A stretch of 62,060 bases of DNA, filler included, from Chiloscyllium plagiosum (lineage: Eukaryota): NCBI RefSeq assembly GCF_004010195.1. It is 5 parts of one record of this genome, joined end to end, with 100 filler letters (N's around TTAATTAATTAA, not from the genome) between each part and the next. Parts side by side here need not be neighbours in the genome. Positions count along the whole stretch, not along the records: positions 1 to 29,097 come from NC_057716.1; 4 more parts are not named here. One strand, given 5' to 3'. Each line of letters opens with the position of its first letter. Position 1 is the stretch's first letter. The position numbers and the translations under genes were made by a program. The notes below the pieces were generated by a model. The model saw only the letters and a program-made list of their open reading frames with translations, searched no databases and was not told where the DNA came from. This document shows, piece by piece, positions 1 through 11,845 of this stretch.

Positions 1-1372
1 TGTTCGAAAAAGGGAATAGGGATAACCCCGGGAATTACAGGCCTGTTAGTCTTACTTCTGTGGTAGGCAAAGTAATGGAAAGGGTACTGAGGGATAGGAT
101 TTATGAGTATCTGGACAGTCACTGCTTGATTAGGGACAGCCAGCACGGATTTGTGAGGGGTAGGTCTTGCCTTACAAGTCTTATTGAATTCTTCGAGGAG
201 GTGACCAAGCATGTGGATGAGGGTAGAGCAGTGGATGTAGTGTACATGGATTTTAGTAAGGCATTTGATAAGGTTCCCCATGGTAGGCTTTTGCGGAAAG
301 TCAGGAGGCATGGGATAGAGGGAAATTTGGCCAATTGGATAGAAAACTGGCTAACTGGTCGAAGTCGGAGAGTGGTGGTAGATGGTAAATATTCAGCCTG
401 GAGCCCAGTTACAAGTGGAGTTCCGCAGGGATCAGTTCTGGGTCCTCTGCTGTTTGTAATTTTTATTAATGACTTAGATGAGGGAGTCGAAGGGTGGGTC
501 AGTAAATTTGCAGATGATACGAAGATAGGTGGAGTTGTGGACAGTGAGGAGGGTTGTTGTCGGCTGCAGAGGGACTTAGATATGATGCAAAGTTGGGCTG
601 AGGAGTGGCAGATGGAGTTCAACCCTGCCACGTGTGAGGTTGTCCATTTTGGAAGAACAAATAAGAATGCGGAATTCAGGGTTAATGGTAGGGTTCTTAG
701 TCAGGTGGAGGAACAGAGGGATCTTGGGGTCTATGTACATAGATCTTTGAAGGTTGCCACTCAGGTGGATAGAGTTTGTAAGAAGGCCTATGGAGTATTA
801 TCGTTCATTAGCAGAGGGATTGAATTCAAGAGTCGTGAAGTGATGTTGCAGCTGTACAGGAATTTGGTTAGGCCACAGTTTGAGTACTGTGTGCAGTTCT
901 GGTCGCCTCACTTTAGGAAAGATGTGGAATCTTTGGAGAGGGTGCAGAGAAGATTTACCAGGATGTTGCCTGGAATGGAGAGGAAGTCGTACGAGGATCG
1001 GTTGAGAGTTCTCGGCCTTTTCTCGTTGGAACGGCGAAGGATGAGGGGTGACTTGATAGAGGTTTATAAGATGATCAGAGGAATAGATAGAGTAGACAGT
1101 CAGAAACTTTTTTCCCCGGGTACAACAGAGTGTTACAAGGGGACATAAATTTAAGGTGAAGGGTGGAAGGTATAGGGGAGATGTCAGGTGTGGGTTCTTT
1201 ACTCAGAGAGGTGGGGGCATGGAATGCGTTGCCTGTGGGAGTGGTAGAGTCAGAATCTTTGGTGACCTTTAAGCGGCAATTGGATGGGTGCTTAAGCTAG
1301 GACAAATGTTCGACACAACATCGTGGGCCGAAGGGCCTGTTCTGTGCTGTATTGTTCTATGTTCTTTGTTCT
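1..1372 (+). mobile_element. CR1/HER1-type LINE, 3' half (RT domain, ORF 60-1148, and 3' tail); young copy
   Basis: ORF has [37 protein letters not shown] and RRRMRGDLIEVYK. The tail has GGGCCGAAGGGCC followed by (TGTTCTA)-type repeats. Confidence 0.97.
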
Positions 1373-1941
1373 AAGACACTGGTAAGGCCATATTTGGAGG
1401 ACTGTGTACAATTTTGGTTGCCCTAATGTTGGAAGGGTGTAATTAAATTGGAAATGGTGCAAAAAAGATTTACAGGATGTTACTGAGATGGAGGATTTGA
1501 GTTATAAAGAGAGGCTGGATATACTGAGATTTTTCTACCTGGAGCATACCTGGAGCATGTGGGGTGATCGTATAGAGGTTTATAAAATCATGAGCGGGAT
1601 GAATAAGATAAATACACAAAGTATTTTCCTTGGCCTCGGGGAGTCCAGAACTAGAGGGCATAGGTTTAGGGTGAGAGGGGAAAGATATAAAAGAGACCTG
1701 AGGGGCAGCTTTTTTGCACAGAGGGTGGTGCACGTATAGAACAAGCCGCCAGAGGAAGTGGTGGAGATGTGTACAATTACAACATTTAAAAGAAATTTGG
1801 ACAGGTACATGGATAGGAACAGTTTATTGGGATATGGGCCAAGTATAGGAAAATGGGACGAGTTGAGTTTAGTAAGCCTGGTCAGCATGGATGAATTGGG
1901 CTGAAGGGTCTGTTTCTGTGCTGTATGATTCTATGACTCTA
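1373..1941 (+). mobile_element. CR1 LINE 3' fragment (decayed)
   Basis: GDRIEVYKIM and RTRGHRFRVRG motifs; tail GGGCTGAAGGGTC...CTATGATTCTATGACTCTA. Confidence 0.9.
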
Positions 1942-3309
1942 GATTGCTGATGTAACTGCTTTGTGATATTACCACTATTTTTGTTAATGTACAATGAAAA
2001 TGAATTTGCATCAAATTGCATTTGACAATTTAACTGCTCTTTGTAGTTTGGGATGGTTGTTTCTCACTGTTCCTCTTTGTTCCATAGCCTACATTAACTT
2101 AACAACCCCTAGACCCCTCCATGGGTTGGGGATGAGCGTAGAGGTGACATTGTGAGTGGATGGGCAGTGTGATGGGTGAGGGCCAGATGGTCAAAAATGT
2201 CACAATACGACTGGGACAAAATCCCAGAGAACTGAGGTGGAGGGCTGAAAACTAGCCTGTCTTGGCCCTTGGTCACCATTGTGGCCATCTACCAGTGGCC
2301 TGACTCTATCACATGCTAACTCTTCCCCCCCACACCTCCGCATCCCAGAAAGCGAAGATCACATCTTTCAGCAACTTTTCCACCAAGGCAGACCCATTGA
2401 GCAGGAAAATTTCACAACTGGAGCTGCCTACCTCAATGCTGAGAAACTGGACCATGATATCACAAGATAAATTAAATCCTTTCTGACTACTTCTCCACTT
2501 TTGCATTGATAAGAAAGTATATAACAGATGCTGTTTACAATCAGTGTCTAGTTAAGGAACAGGAATGATGGCTCTTTTTGTTTTGAAGAGTTTTAAAGAT
2601 AAATTATGGTCAAGCCATTAAATGTCACGTCACATGGAGCTAACAGTGGTACAATGCAACTATTTCCCTTGTCACCTTCTAAAAATACTCTGTGCAAATT
2701 CAGAAGGACTATAAAGTCTAGAGTTGGAGAACATTTCTTGAACTGAGGAATATTAGGAGATATAGTTGCAGCCCTGCAAAAAGCAGAGTGTGAATGTGAG
2801 TCTGAGCAGATTGTAGTGTATCAGGCATGATTTATACTGGAGGCTGAATTTTCTTCAATCACAGGTGCTTTGAGGCAGGATGTGGTTTTCTAATCGGTGA
2901 GTACTTTGTTCCTGCTGAATGGGTCAGTTAAGGAGTTTAAGAAAGCATTATTCTGTAAACATTTCAGGAGTTTTGTTTAATGTGTAACATTCTAAATCAG
3001 TGATGTAATTATGTCATAAACCAGAACCTAAAATTTGCAGGAAGCCCCTCTTTAGTAATCTGTGGAACACACGTTTATAGCTCTTTCTTTGAACAATTTA
3101 AAAGTGATGCTACCTATTCAAAGAAAAAGAATTATGTCTTAAAACTAGACTGTGGCCAGAAACAGATTAAAGGCTAAAAATTGCTTCTCACTCATAAGCC
3201 AGTAAAACTAATGGATACGTTTTTGGTCATTGTTAACTTTTTAAAGTATGCTTAAATAAACGCCGCTGTTCAAAGGTGGCAATAGATGAGACAATGCATT
3301 ACTGACTGA

Positions 3310-3700
3310 AGGTGCTACAGAACAGAGGGGCATGTGAATCCTTGTTCATGAATTATAAAAAGCTAGCATTGAAGTTCAGTAGGAAATAGAGAAGGCAAAT
3401 GGAATGTTGGCCTACATGTCAAAGAGAAAGGAGCTAAAACTATGCAAGGCACTAGTCAAACCATAGCTGGAATACGGTGAACAGTCTTGGTCCCCTTATG
3501 TACAAAGTCCATAGAAGTTTCACGAGGCTGATACCAAAATGATAGGACCGTCTTATGAGGAGTGGTTGAGTAGTTTAACCTATACTCATTGAAATATAGA
3601 AGGGTGAGTAGGGACCTTACTGAAATGTACGAGATTCTTAGAGGATTTGGCAGGGTGGATGCAGAAATATCGTTTCCCCTTGTGTGATGACAGAGCATAA
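3310..3700 (+). mobile_element. CR1 LINE fragment, decayed RT C-terminus
   Basis: Nucleotide similarity to the KANGMLA..., WSPY and GDLTE segments of other CR1 copies in the window. Confidence 0.7.
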
Positions 3701-3835
3701 TGACATTATAATTGAGTATAGGTAACTACACAGAGATGACAGAGACGTTGGCCAGAGTTGATTGGAGCCGAGCAGGCAAGATGCTGGAGCACCAATGGCA
3801 GGAGTATCTGGAGGAATTATGGAGGCCTAGCAGAA

Positions 3836-4140
3836 ATTAGATCTAGATTTTATTGTCACATGTACTCAAGTACAGGAGTACAGTGAAAAGTGTATAATGT
3901 TGTCACACATGATGCCATCTTAGGTACAAAGGAACCTCGGTGCAAAACAAATTGGTACAAAGTAGTAAAGAGAAACAGAGTTTAAAAAGTTAAGCATTAC
4001 CTTCACAGATTAAGTAGAAAAATAAAGAAATAAGGTAACAGTGAACATTAAAGTCTTTTGTAATTTAAATGAGAAAATAAAGGAATTAAATTAAAAGTTC
4101 AACATTCTTATCTCACTCTCCACGAGACCTCAGCTACCTG
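3836..4140 (-). mobile_element. Short non-coding LINE-derived element (L2/Rex-like 3' end)
   Basis: Minus-strand end CATGTGACAATAAAATCTAGATCTAA; resembles 9405-9550 (TTTATTGTCA..TACAGTG.AAA..TGTATA.TGT). Confidence 0.4.
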
Positions 4141-4164
4141 TTCTCAATGCCACCAACTCAGATT

Positions 4165-5370
4165 TGGGAAAAAAATATGAAGGAAACAGGAAATTGATTG
4201 ATATTAGTGGGAAACCAGAGATTGGGAAGCCTTTAAAAACCAGCAGAGGATAACCTGAAAAGCAAAAAGGGGAGAGAAGACGAAATATGAAAGTAAACTC
4301 ACTAATAATATAAAAGAAGATGGTAAGAGATGTTTTAGATATCCAGAAGGTAAGAGAAAGGCAAGAGTGGACAATAGACCACTAGGAAATAAGGCTGGAG
4401 GAGTAATAATGAGGAACAAAGAAATGGCGGAGGAATTGAGTGGGTACTTTGCATTGGTTTTCACAGTGGAAGACACCAACAAGGTACTAGAACTTCGAGA
4501 CAGTCAGGGAGCAGAAGTGGGTGTAGTGACCGTCACTATGAAGAAGGTGCTGGGGAAGCTGAAAGGTCTGAAAGTGCATAAATCACCCAGACCAGATGGA
4601 CATCTCCAGAGTTCTCAAGGAGTTAGCTGAGGAGATTGTGGTGGCATTGATGGTGATTTTTCAGGAATCACTGGAGTCAGGGAGAGACTCAGAGTATGGT
4701 AAATGTAACACTTCTGTTTAAGAAGGGAGAGAGGCAGAAGACTGGAAATTATAGGCTGGTTTACCTGAAGTCAGTAATTGGTAAGATTTTAGAGTGCATT
4801 ATTAAGGATTAGATTGCGGAGCACTTGAAAGAGCATGATAAAATAAGGTCAGCAGTAAAGTCATACCTGACAAATCTGTCAAAAATCTTTAAAAGGGTAA
4901 CAAGCAAGTTAGACAAAAGTGGACGTGATCTATTTGAATTTCCAGAAGGCGTTTGACAAGGTGCGGCACAGGAGGCTACTAAATATGATAATAGCCCATG
5001 ATGTTCGGGGCAAGTTACTGGCGTGGATCGAGGACTGGCTGACTTGCAGAAGGCAGAGAGTAGGGATAAAGGGGTCTTTTCCGGATGGCAGCTAGTGACT
5101 AGTGTCTTACGGTGTTATAATCTCAGAATAAGGGGTCACCCATTTAAAACAATGAATCTGTGGAATTATTTTCACAGGCTGTTGAGGATGGGTCATTAAG
5201 TGCATTTGATGCTGAGATAGACATATTTCTAATTAGAGAATGGAAGGATACAAGGAAAAGGCAGAAACGTGGAATTGAGGATTATCATCTCAGCCATGAT
5301 GCCATTGAATGGCAAGGCAGACCTGATGGGCCGAGAGCCCTACTTTTGCTCCTATGTCTTGCTGTCTTAT
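4165..5370 (+). mobile_element. CR1 LINE ORF2 fragment with internal deletion and 3' tail
   Basis: EMAEELSGYFALVFT and KSPRPDG peptides; DNA matching FQKAFDKV and WIEDWL; tail GATGGGCCGAG..CTTTTGCTCCTATGTCTT. Confidence 0.85.
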
Positions 5371-5760
5371 AGTTTGAGGAAAGTGAGATAAATCATCCTC
5401 CCATCTTTGTTTTCAACGCACGTTTCTGTGTGGCCCGATGGCCCATTTGAAAAGAAGACTATGCTTTATGTTAGGACGATGGCCCCTTTAAGAATTAGGT
5501 TTCTCTGGCAGATCATTTCTTGAATAAATGAAACCATGTCCAGGAACTGTTCATATGACCAAACTGTTTGGGAGAAAATGTCAAGGAGAAGGTCAAGAAA
5601 GTGGGAGAGAGGGATAGGAGGGATCAGATTAGTCAGTCTCTTTCAAGTAGCTAATTTTCAAATGCACTAGGAACAGAATACATCTCTTTCACACAGAGTT
5701 CTGTTGAAATTCCGGGTGCTGGCTAAACAAGTTCAAAACCCTTGACAACTGAATGACTGT

Positions 5761-6055
5761 AATCCCTACCGTGTGGAAGCAGACCATTCAGCCCATCAAA
5801 CCCACACAGACTGGCCGAAGAGCATCCCGCCCAGACCTACTCCCATCCTATCCCTGGAACCCTGCAATTTCCATGGGCTAATCCACCTAGTCTGCACACC
5901 TTTGGACTGTGGGAGAAAACCACAGCACCTGGAGGAAACTTATGCAGACACTGGGAGCATGTGCAAACTCCACACAGACAGTTGTCCGAGGATGGAATCA
6001 AATCTGGGTCCCCAGTGTCGTGAGGCAGCATTGCTGCCCACTGAGCCACCGTACC
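5761..6055 (-). mobile_element. HE1-type tRNA-derived SINE
   Basis: Minus-strand head GGTGGCTCAGTGG..GCTGCCTCAC, body TGTGTGGAGTTTGCACAT, tail GGGCTGAATGGTC. Confidence 0.9.
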
Positions 6056-7239
6056 AATGGGATGGCTTAACTGGGAAGAGAGAGGCAAGACTCCTCAGCT
6101 AAAGAACATTAGAAGCAGGAGAGTTCTGATCGGAGGTAGCTATTCTTAAGACACTTGTGCTGAACTGAGAGTTTACAGCTATCAGATAATTGAAGGAGAT
6201 TTGAATGGGCAACCTTACCAGAATTAGGTGGGTCACTCAGGAAATCTCAACCCTGATTTGAATAACTTGAAATGGTACTCAAGACCAAGTCATTAATTAA
6301 TCAAGTTCTGATGAGTATCAGACTTAGATTTTTCAGGGGCCTAACCAAATGAATTCAGAAGGAAACTTGAGTTAAGAAATTTGATTTTGTGAATACATAA
6401 CTGTGTTAATTGACTTTTATTATTGTCAATGTGTGTGACAATTTGAGATAGAATGTAAATTGTGTTCATGGTCTTTGATTGTTGTGAAGTAAAATTCCTT
6501 TCTTTTAAACAATGGACCTTGTGGCTTCATTCTTTTAGTAAATAGCAGGTTTTTTGGATTACTGGTCTCTATCAAGATCATAGTTGAGGTACGTTCTTTT
6601 AGAGAGTTCTTTTCATGAAAAGCAACAAATATTTCAAACAATAAAAGAAAACCTATTGTGGTACAATCTTATGAGTGACATGTTTGGATTGAGACTAAAT
6701 GGGGATTACATTCTTCTGGGAAGCCAGAATCACTGACTCATGAGGCAAGTCTGAGTTCAGCATGTGGCTCTCCACTTGAAATAGAACTTCCTTCTTTCTC
6801 ATGTTGTTTTGCTACTGAAAGTTCAGGCTTATCGAAATATGGAATTAAAGAGATGGTTCACTCTCCAGTTTGTATTTATATTGATTTTTGACATGTGGAT
6901 GTCCTTGTCCATCTGTCTGCCCTTAAGCAGACGATGGTAGTGGTGGAACATCATCTCTCAGTTTAATGTAACAGGGTGGCTTTCCAGACCACATCAGATG
7001 GCAGCTAAACTTCTCAACCGCATTTACATTGGACTGGAGTTACATCTGCAGGTTTCCGTCCCTAAAGGAAGTTAATCAGCCAGTTGACTTTTCTAAAAAG
7101 TTGCATTTCCAACGCCCCTCCCCCAAGTGCCTCCTCCCTACCTTTTATCTTAGCCTGCTTGGCACACTTTCCTCATTGCTGAAAATGTGTTGCTGGAAAA
7201 GCACAGCAGGTCAGGCAGCATCCAAGGAACAGGAGAATC

Positions 7240-7267
7240 GACGTTTCGGGCATAAGCCCTTCTTCAG
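7240..7267 (-). ncRNA. Minimal hammerhead ribozyme core (intact) in the PLE terminal repeat
   Basis: Minus strand reads CTGAAGA-A-GGGC-TTAT-GCCC-GAAA-CG-TC; sense to, and downstream of, the PLE ORF. Confidence 0.75.
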
Positions 7268-8870
7268 GAAAGATATAGAAGAAAGTGTGTCCAGCAGGCT
7301 AAGATAAAAGGTAGGGAGGAGGGACTTGGGGGAGGGGCGTTGGAAATGCGATAGGTGGAGGGAGGTCAAGGTGAGGGTGATAGGCCAGAGTGGGGTGGGG
7401 GCAGAGAGGTCAGGAAGAAGATTGCAGGTTAGGAAGGCGGTGCTGAGTTCGAGGGATTTGACTGAGACAAGGTGGGGGGAAGGGAAATGAGGAAACTGGA
7501 GAAATCTGAGTTCATCCCTTGTGGTTGGAGTGTTCCCAGGCAGAAGATAAGGCGCATTTCCTCCAACTGTCGTGTTCCCATTGTCTGGCGATGGAGGAGT
7601 CCAAGGGCCTGCATGTCCTTGGTGGAGTGGGAGGGGAGGGAAATATATCCTTGGTGGTGGGGTCCGTTTGGAGGTGGCGGAAATGGCAGCGGATGATACA
7701 TTGTACATGGAGGTTGGTGGGGTGGTAGGTGAGGACCAGTGGGGTTCTGTCCTGGTGGCGGTTGGAGGGGCGGAGCTCAAAGGCGGAGGAGCTGGAAGTG
7801 GAAGAGATGCGGTGGAGGGCATCGTCGACTACGTCTGGTGGGAAATTGCGGTCCTTGAAGAAGGAGGCCATCTGGGTTGTACGGTTTTGGAACTGGTCCT
7901 CCTGGGAGCAGATGCGGCGGAGACGAAGGAATTGGGAATATGGGATGGCGTTTTTACAGGGGGCAGGGTGGGAGGAGGTGTAGTCTAGGTAGCTGTGGGA
8001 GTCGGTCGGTTTATAGTAAATGTCCGTGTTGATTCGGTCGCCCGAGATAGAAATGGAAAGGTCTAGGAAGGGGAGGGAGGAGTCCGAGACGGTCCAGGTG
8101 AATTTTAGGTCGGGGTGGAAGGTGTTGGTGAAGTGGATGAACTGTTCAACCTCCTCATGGGAGCACGAGGCAGCGCCGATACAGTCAACGATGTAGTGGA
8201 GGAAAGGTGGGGGGTGGTGCCAGTGTAGCTGCGGAAGATGGACTGTTCCACATATCCTACAAAGAGGCAGTACCCTTCCACCGACACCCTCCTTCGACTG
8301 ACTGAACTGGTCCTCACCCTGAACAACTTCTCCTTCCAATCCTCCCACTTCCTCCAAACCAAAGGAGTAGCCATGGGCACCCACATGGGCCCCAGCTATG
8401 CCTGCCTCTTCGTAGGATATGTGGAACAATCCATCTTCCGCAACTACACTGGCCCCACCCCCCACCTTTTCCTCCGCTACATCGATGACTATATCGGCGC
8501 CGCCTCGTGCTCCCACGAGGAAGTTGAACAGTTCATCCACTTCACCAGTACCTTCCACCCCGACCTCAAATTCACCAGGACAGTCTCAGATTCCTCCCTC
8601 CCCTTCCTCAACCTTTCTATTTCTATCTCAGGCGACCGAATAGTGAGGTTGGGGTTGGAACGGAGGGAGTGGAGGGCTGCACGTTCCGAGGGTGAGAGGT
8701 TGGAGTGGGTGAGAGGGGTGGAGAGGTTGAGGCGGTTAATGTCGCGGCGGCAGTTGGCTATGAAGAGATCGAGGGCGGGTAAGAGGCCAGGTGGATGGGG
8801 TGTGTTGGAGGCGGGAGGAGGGGTCGTCAGAGGGTGGGCGAGAATCCTGGTTGAAGAAGTTTCCTCATTC

Positions 8871-8898
8871 CCGAAGAAGGGCTCATGCCCAAAACGTC
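8871..8898 (+). ncRNA. Degenerate hammerhead core in the inverted PLE terminal repeat
   Basis: CCGAAGA-A-GGGC-TCAT-GCCC-AAAA-CG-TC, with two core substitutions. Confidence 0.55.
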
Positions 8899-9556
8899 GA
8901 TTCTCCTGCTCCTTGGATGCTGCCTGACCTGCTGCGCTTTTCCAGCAACACATTTTCAGCTCTGATCTCCAGCATCTGCAGTCCTCACTTTCTCCTAGGA
9001 GACTTCTTTAAAAATCCAAGTTTCACGAACTTCTATTCTTTTAACATTGCTTGTTGACTTCAGATTTTATTTTTAAGCTAAAATTTATTAAATGTCCATG
9101 GTGGGATTTGAAATCACGTTCTGTACATTAATTTGATTTGCACTAACAAACTTTTTACCAGTATATAAACCACAAAATTATTATCTTTAACAATTTGTTT
9201 GTACAGTTGAAAGAAACATTTTGAAAATCAATACTTGCACTTTATTCTGGAACTCGTGGGACCAAGCAATTTTTATTCATTAACTGATGCTGTTGGCTGT
9301 CAACCTCTGGATCTCAATAGTTGAGAACAAATTGTAAAAGCACTCGTGATCATGCTAAGAGCAACCTATTATTGAAAAGTCATACCCAATGTGCCAGTGA
9401 TGGCTTGATTTGATTTCTTTATTGTCATGTGTATCTTGTTTCAAAATACAGTGGAAAATCGTGTATAGTGTCACTATTCTCCGGTGCCCTGTTAAAACTC
9501 AGAAAATAAACCAAAACGTAAAATATAAAGGCAGAAGAATAAAGAAAACTTATTCA

Positions 9557-9865
9557 ATGGTGGCTCAGTGGTTAGCACTGCTGCCTCACAGCACCAGGGT
9601 CCCAGGTTCGATTCCATTCTTGGGTGACTATCTGTGTGGAGTTTGCACATTCTCCCCATGTCTGAATGGGTTTCCTCCGGGTACTGGTTTCCTCTCACAG
9701 TCCAAAGATGTGCAGGTCAGGTGAATTGGCCATGCTAAATTGCCTATAGGGTTAGGTGCATCATTCAGCGGGAAATGGGTCTGGGTGGGTTACTCTTTGG
9801 ATTGTCGGTGTGGACTGATTGGGCCGAAGAGCCTGTTTCCGCACTGTAGGGAATCTAATCTAATC
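9557..9865 (+). mobile_element. HE1-type SINE
   Basis: A-box TGGCTCAGTGG, B-box GGTTCGATTCC, tail GGGCCGAAGAGCC..(AATCT)n. Confidence 0.93.
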
Positions 9866-10084
9866 AACTTTGCAGTCCTTCTTGTTAAGTGCTCCATTAC
9901 GGGCCATGTGCCTGGTAGCCAGCCATGAGCCTACTGCCAGTGGAATGCAAGTTGCCACTCTTTGGTGCCACCATGCCTTCACTGACACCCTCACCACCAT
10001 GAGTCCTTGCTGGACCTTGCCAGTAGAGATGCCGTCGATGCCCAGGATACCACACTGGCCCAAACCCAACTTCACCGATATCTG

Positions 10085-10410
10085 TGGGTGGCACGGTGGC
10101 ACAGTGGTTAGCACTGTTGCCTCACAGCGCCAGAGACCCGGGTTCAATTCCCGCCTCAGGCGACTGACTGTGTGGAGTTTGCACATTCTCCCCGTGTCTG
10201 CGTGGGTTTCCTCCGGGTGCTCCGGTTTCCTCCCACAGTCCAAAAATGTGCAGGTCAGGTGAATTGGCCATGCTAAATTGCCCGTAGTGTTAGGTGCAGG
10301 GGTAAATGTAGGGGAATGGGTCTGGGTGGGTTGCACTTCGGCGGGTCGGTGTGGACTTGTTGGGCCGAAGGGCCTGTTTCCACACTGTAAGTAATCTAAT
10401 CTAATCTAAT
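10085..10410 (+). mobile_element. HE1-type SINE, full-length and young
   Basis: A-box TGGCACAGTGG, B-box GGTTCAATTCC, CpGs retained, tail GGGCCGAAGGGCC..(AATCT)n; ATCTGT on both flanks. Confidence 0.95.
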
Positions 10411-10610
10411 AAATCTGTTTTGGGCCCACTTCACTGATGCAGGCCTGGCATTTGGCTTCGGGTCTCATACTAGGCCCAAACTCACCTTCGCTGCTGCCTC
10501 CATGAATCTATTTTCGACGCAGGTGCCACCAGGAACCCAAACCCATGTCTGTCTGCCATAGCAGCCATGAGCCGGTGCTAGGACTACCTCGTCGATGCAG
10601 AAGCTGCTAG

Positions 10611-11845
10611 GAGTCCACACTAGGCCTACTCAAATCCACACTGGGCCCTCCCGAGTCCACACTGGGCCCACACGAGATCACACTGGGCCCACACGAGATC
10701 ACACTGGGCCCACTCGAGATCACACTGGGTCGACTCGAGTCCACACCGGGCCTACTCAAATCAACACCAGGCCCACTCGAGTCCACACCAGGCCCACACA
10801 AATTCACACCAGGCTCACCCAAATCCACATTGGGCCCACACAAGTCCACACTGGTCAACACTGGGCTCACTCGAGTCCACACTGGGTCCACTCGAGTACA
10901 CACTGGGCCCACGCGAGCCCACACTGGACCTATTCGAGTCCACGCGAGTCCACACTGGGTCTACTCGAGTCCACACCAGCCTCACTGGTGTGTGGCACGG
11001 TGGCACAGTGGTTAGCACTGCTGCCTCACAGCGCCAGAGACCCGGGTTCAATTCCCGACTCAGGCGACTGACTGTGTGGAGTTTGCACATTCTCCCCATG
11101 TCTGCGTGGGTTTCCTCCGGGTGCTCCAGGTTCCTCCAACAGTCCAAAGATGTGCAGGTCAGGTGAATTGGCTATGCTAAATTTCCCGTAGTGTTAAGTA
11201 CAGGGGTAAATGTAGGGGAATGGGTGGGTTTCGCTTCGGCGGGTCGGTGTGGACTTGTTGAGCTGAAGGGCCTGTTTCCATACTGTAAGTAATCTAAACT
11301 AATCTAATCACTCAAGTCCACCCAGGATCCACACGAGTCCACACCAGGCTTACTGGAGTCCACACTGGGCCCACTCGAGTCCACACTGGGCCTACACGAG
11401 TCCACACTGGGCCCACTGGAGACCACACTGGGCCCACACGAGCCCACACAGGGCTCACTCGAGACTACACTGGGCCCACACGAGTCCATTCTGGGCTCAC
11501 TCGAGTCCACACTGGGCCCACTGGAGATCACACTGGGCACACGAGTCCACACAGGGCTCACTCGAGTCCACACTGGGCCCACTCAAGTCCACACATGGCC
11601 CATTTGAGACCACACTGGTTCCACTCGAGTCCACACTGGGCCCATGAGACCACACTGGTTCCACTCGAGTCCACACTGGGCCCATGAGACCACACTGGTT
11701 CCACTCAAGTCCACACATGGCCCATTTGAGACCACACTGGTTCCACTCGAGTCCACACTGGGCCCATGAGACCACACTGGTTCCACTCGAGTCCACACTG
11801 GGCCCACTCAAGTCCACACCAAGTCCACATGGGTCCACACGGAGT
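10611..11845. repeat. ~21-bp minisatellite (GAGTCCACACTGGGCCCACTC)n split by an HE1 SINE
   Basis: Tandem units visible at 10611-10987 and 11309-11845; the HTGPTRV-type repeat ORFs are its translation. Confidence 0.95.
10988..11308 (+). mobile_element. HE1-type SINE inserted in the minisatellite
   Basis: Near-identical to 10085-10410; TCACT on both flanks. Confidence 0.95.

Larger units (their letters stand above)
7104..8996 (-). mobile_element. Penelope-like retroelement, rearranged (RT and GIY-YIG remnants, inverted terminal pseudo-LTR pieces)
   Basis: PLE RT motifs GVAMGTHMGPSYACLF, RYIDD, LPFLD and YYKPTDSHSYLDY; endonuclease C-terminus RQLEE..LIFCLGTLQPQGMN; terminal repeats at 7178-7270 (-) and 8859-8996 (+). 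Confidence 0.93.

Noticed and set aside
119..631. Recurrent antisense ORFs (e.g. 119-631, 59123-59566, 7572-7988)
   Set aside because: Shadow frames of RT-coding sequence, repeated wherever the element occurs.
60..1148. Intact RT gene, or a prokaryotic RT system (retron, group II intron, DGR)
   Set aside because: Motifs are those of vertebrate CR1 ORF2; the ORF is open at the window edge and frameshifts near 1110.
10088..10160. tRNA genes at SINE heads (also 9557, 10990 and 41218)
   Set aside because: The A/B boxes run straight into SINE bodies, with no complete cloverleaf or poly-T terminator.
10611..11845. CRISPR-like array or repetitive protein genes (ORFs 10595-11071 and 11304-11914)
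   Set aside because: Units are contiguous with no unique spacers, no cas genes are present, and the ORFs are translations of a 21-bp repeat plus a SINE.
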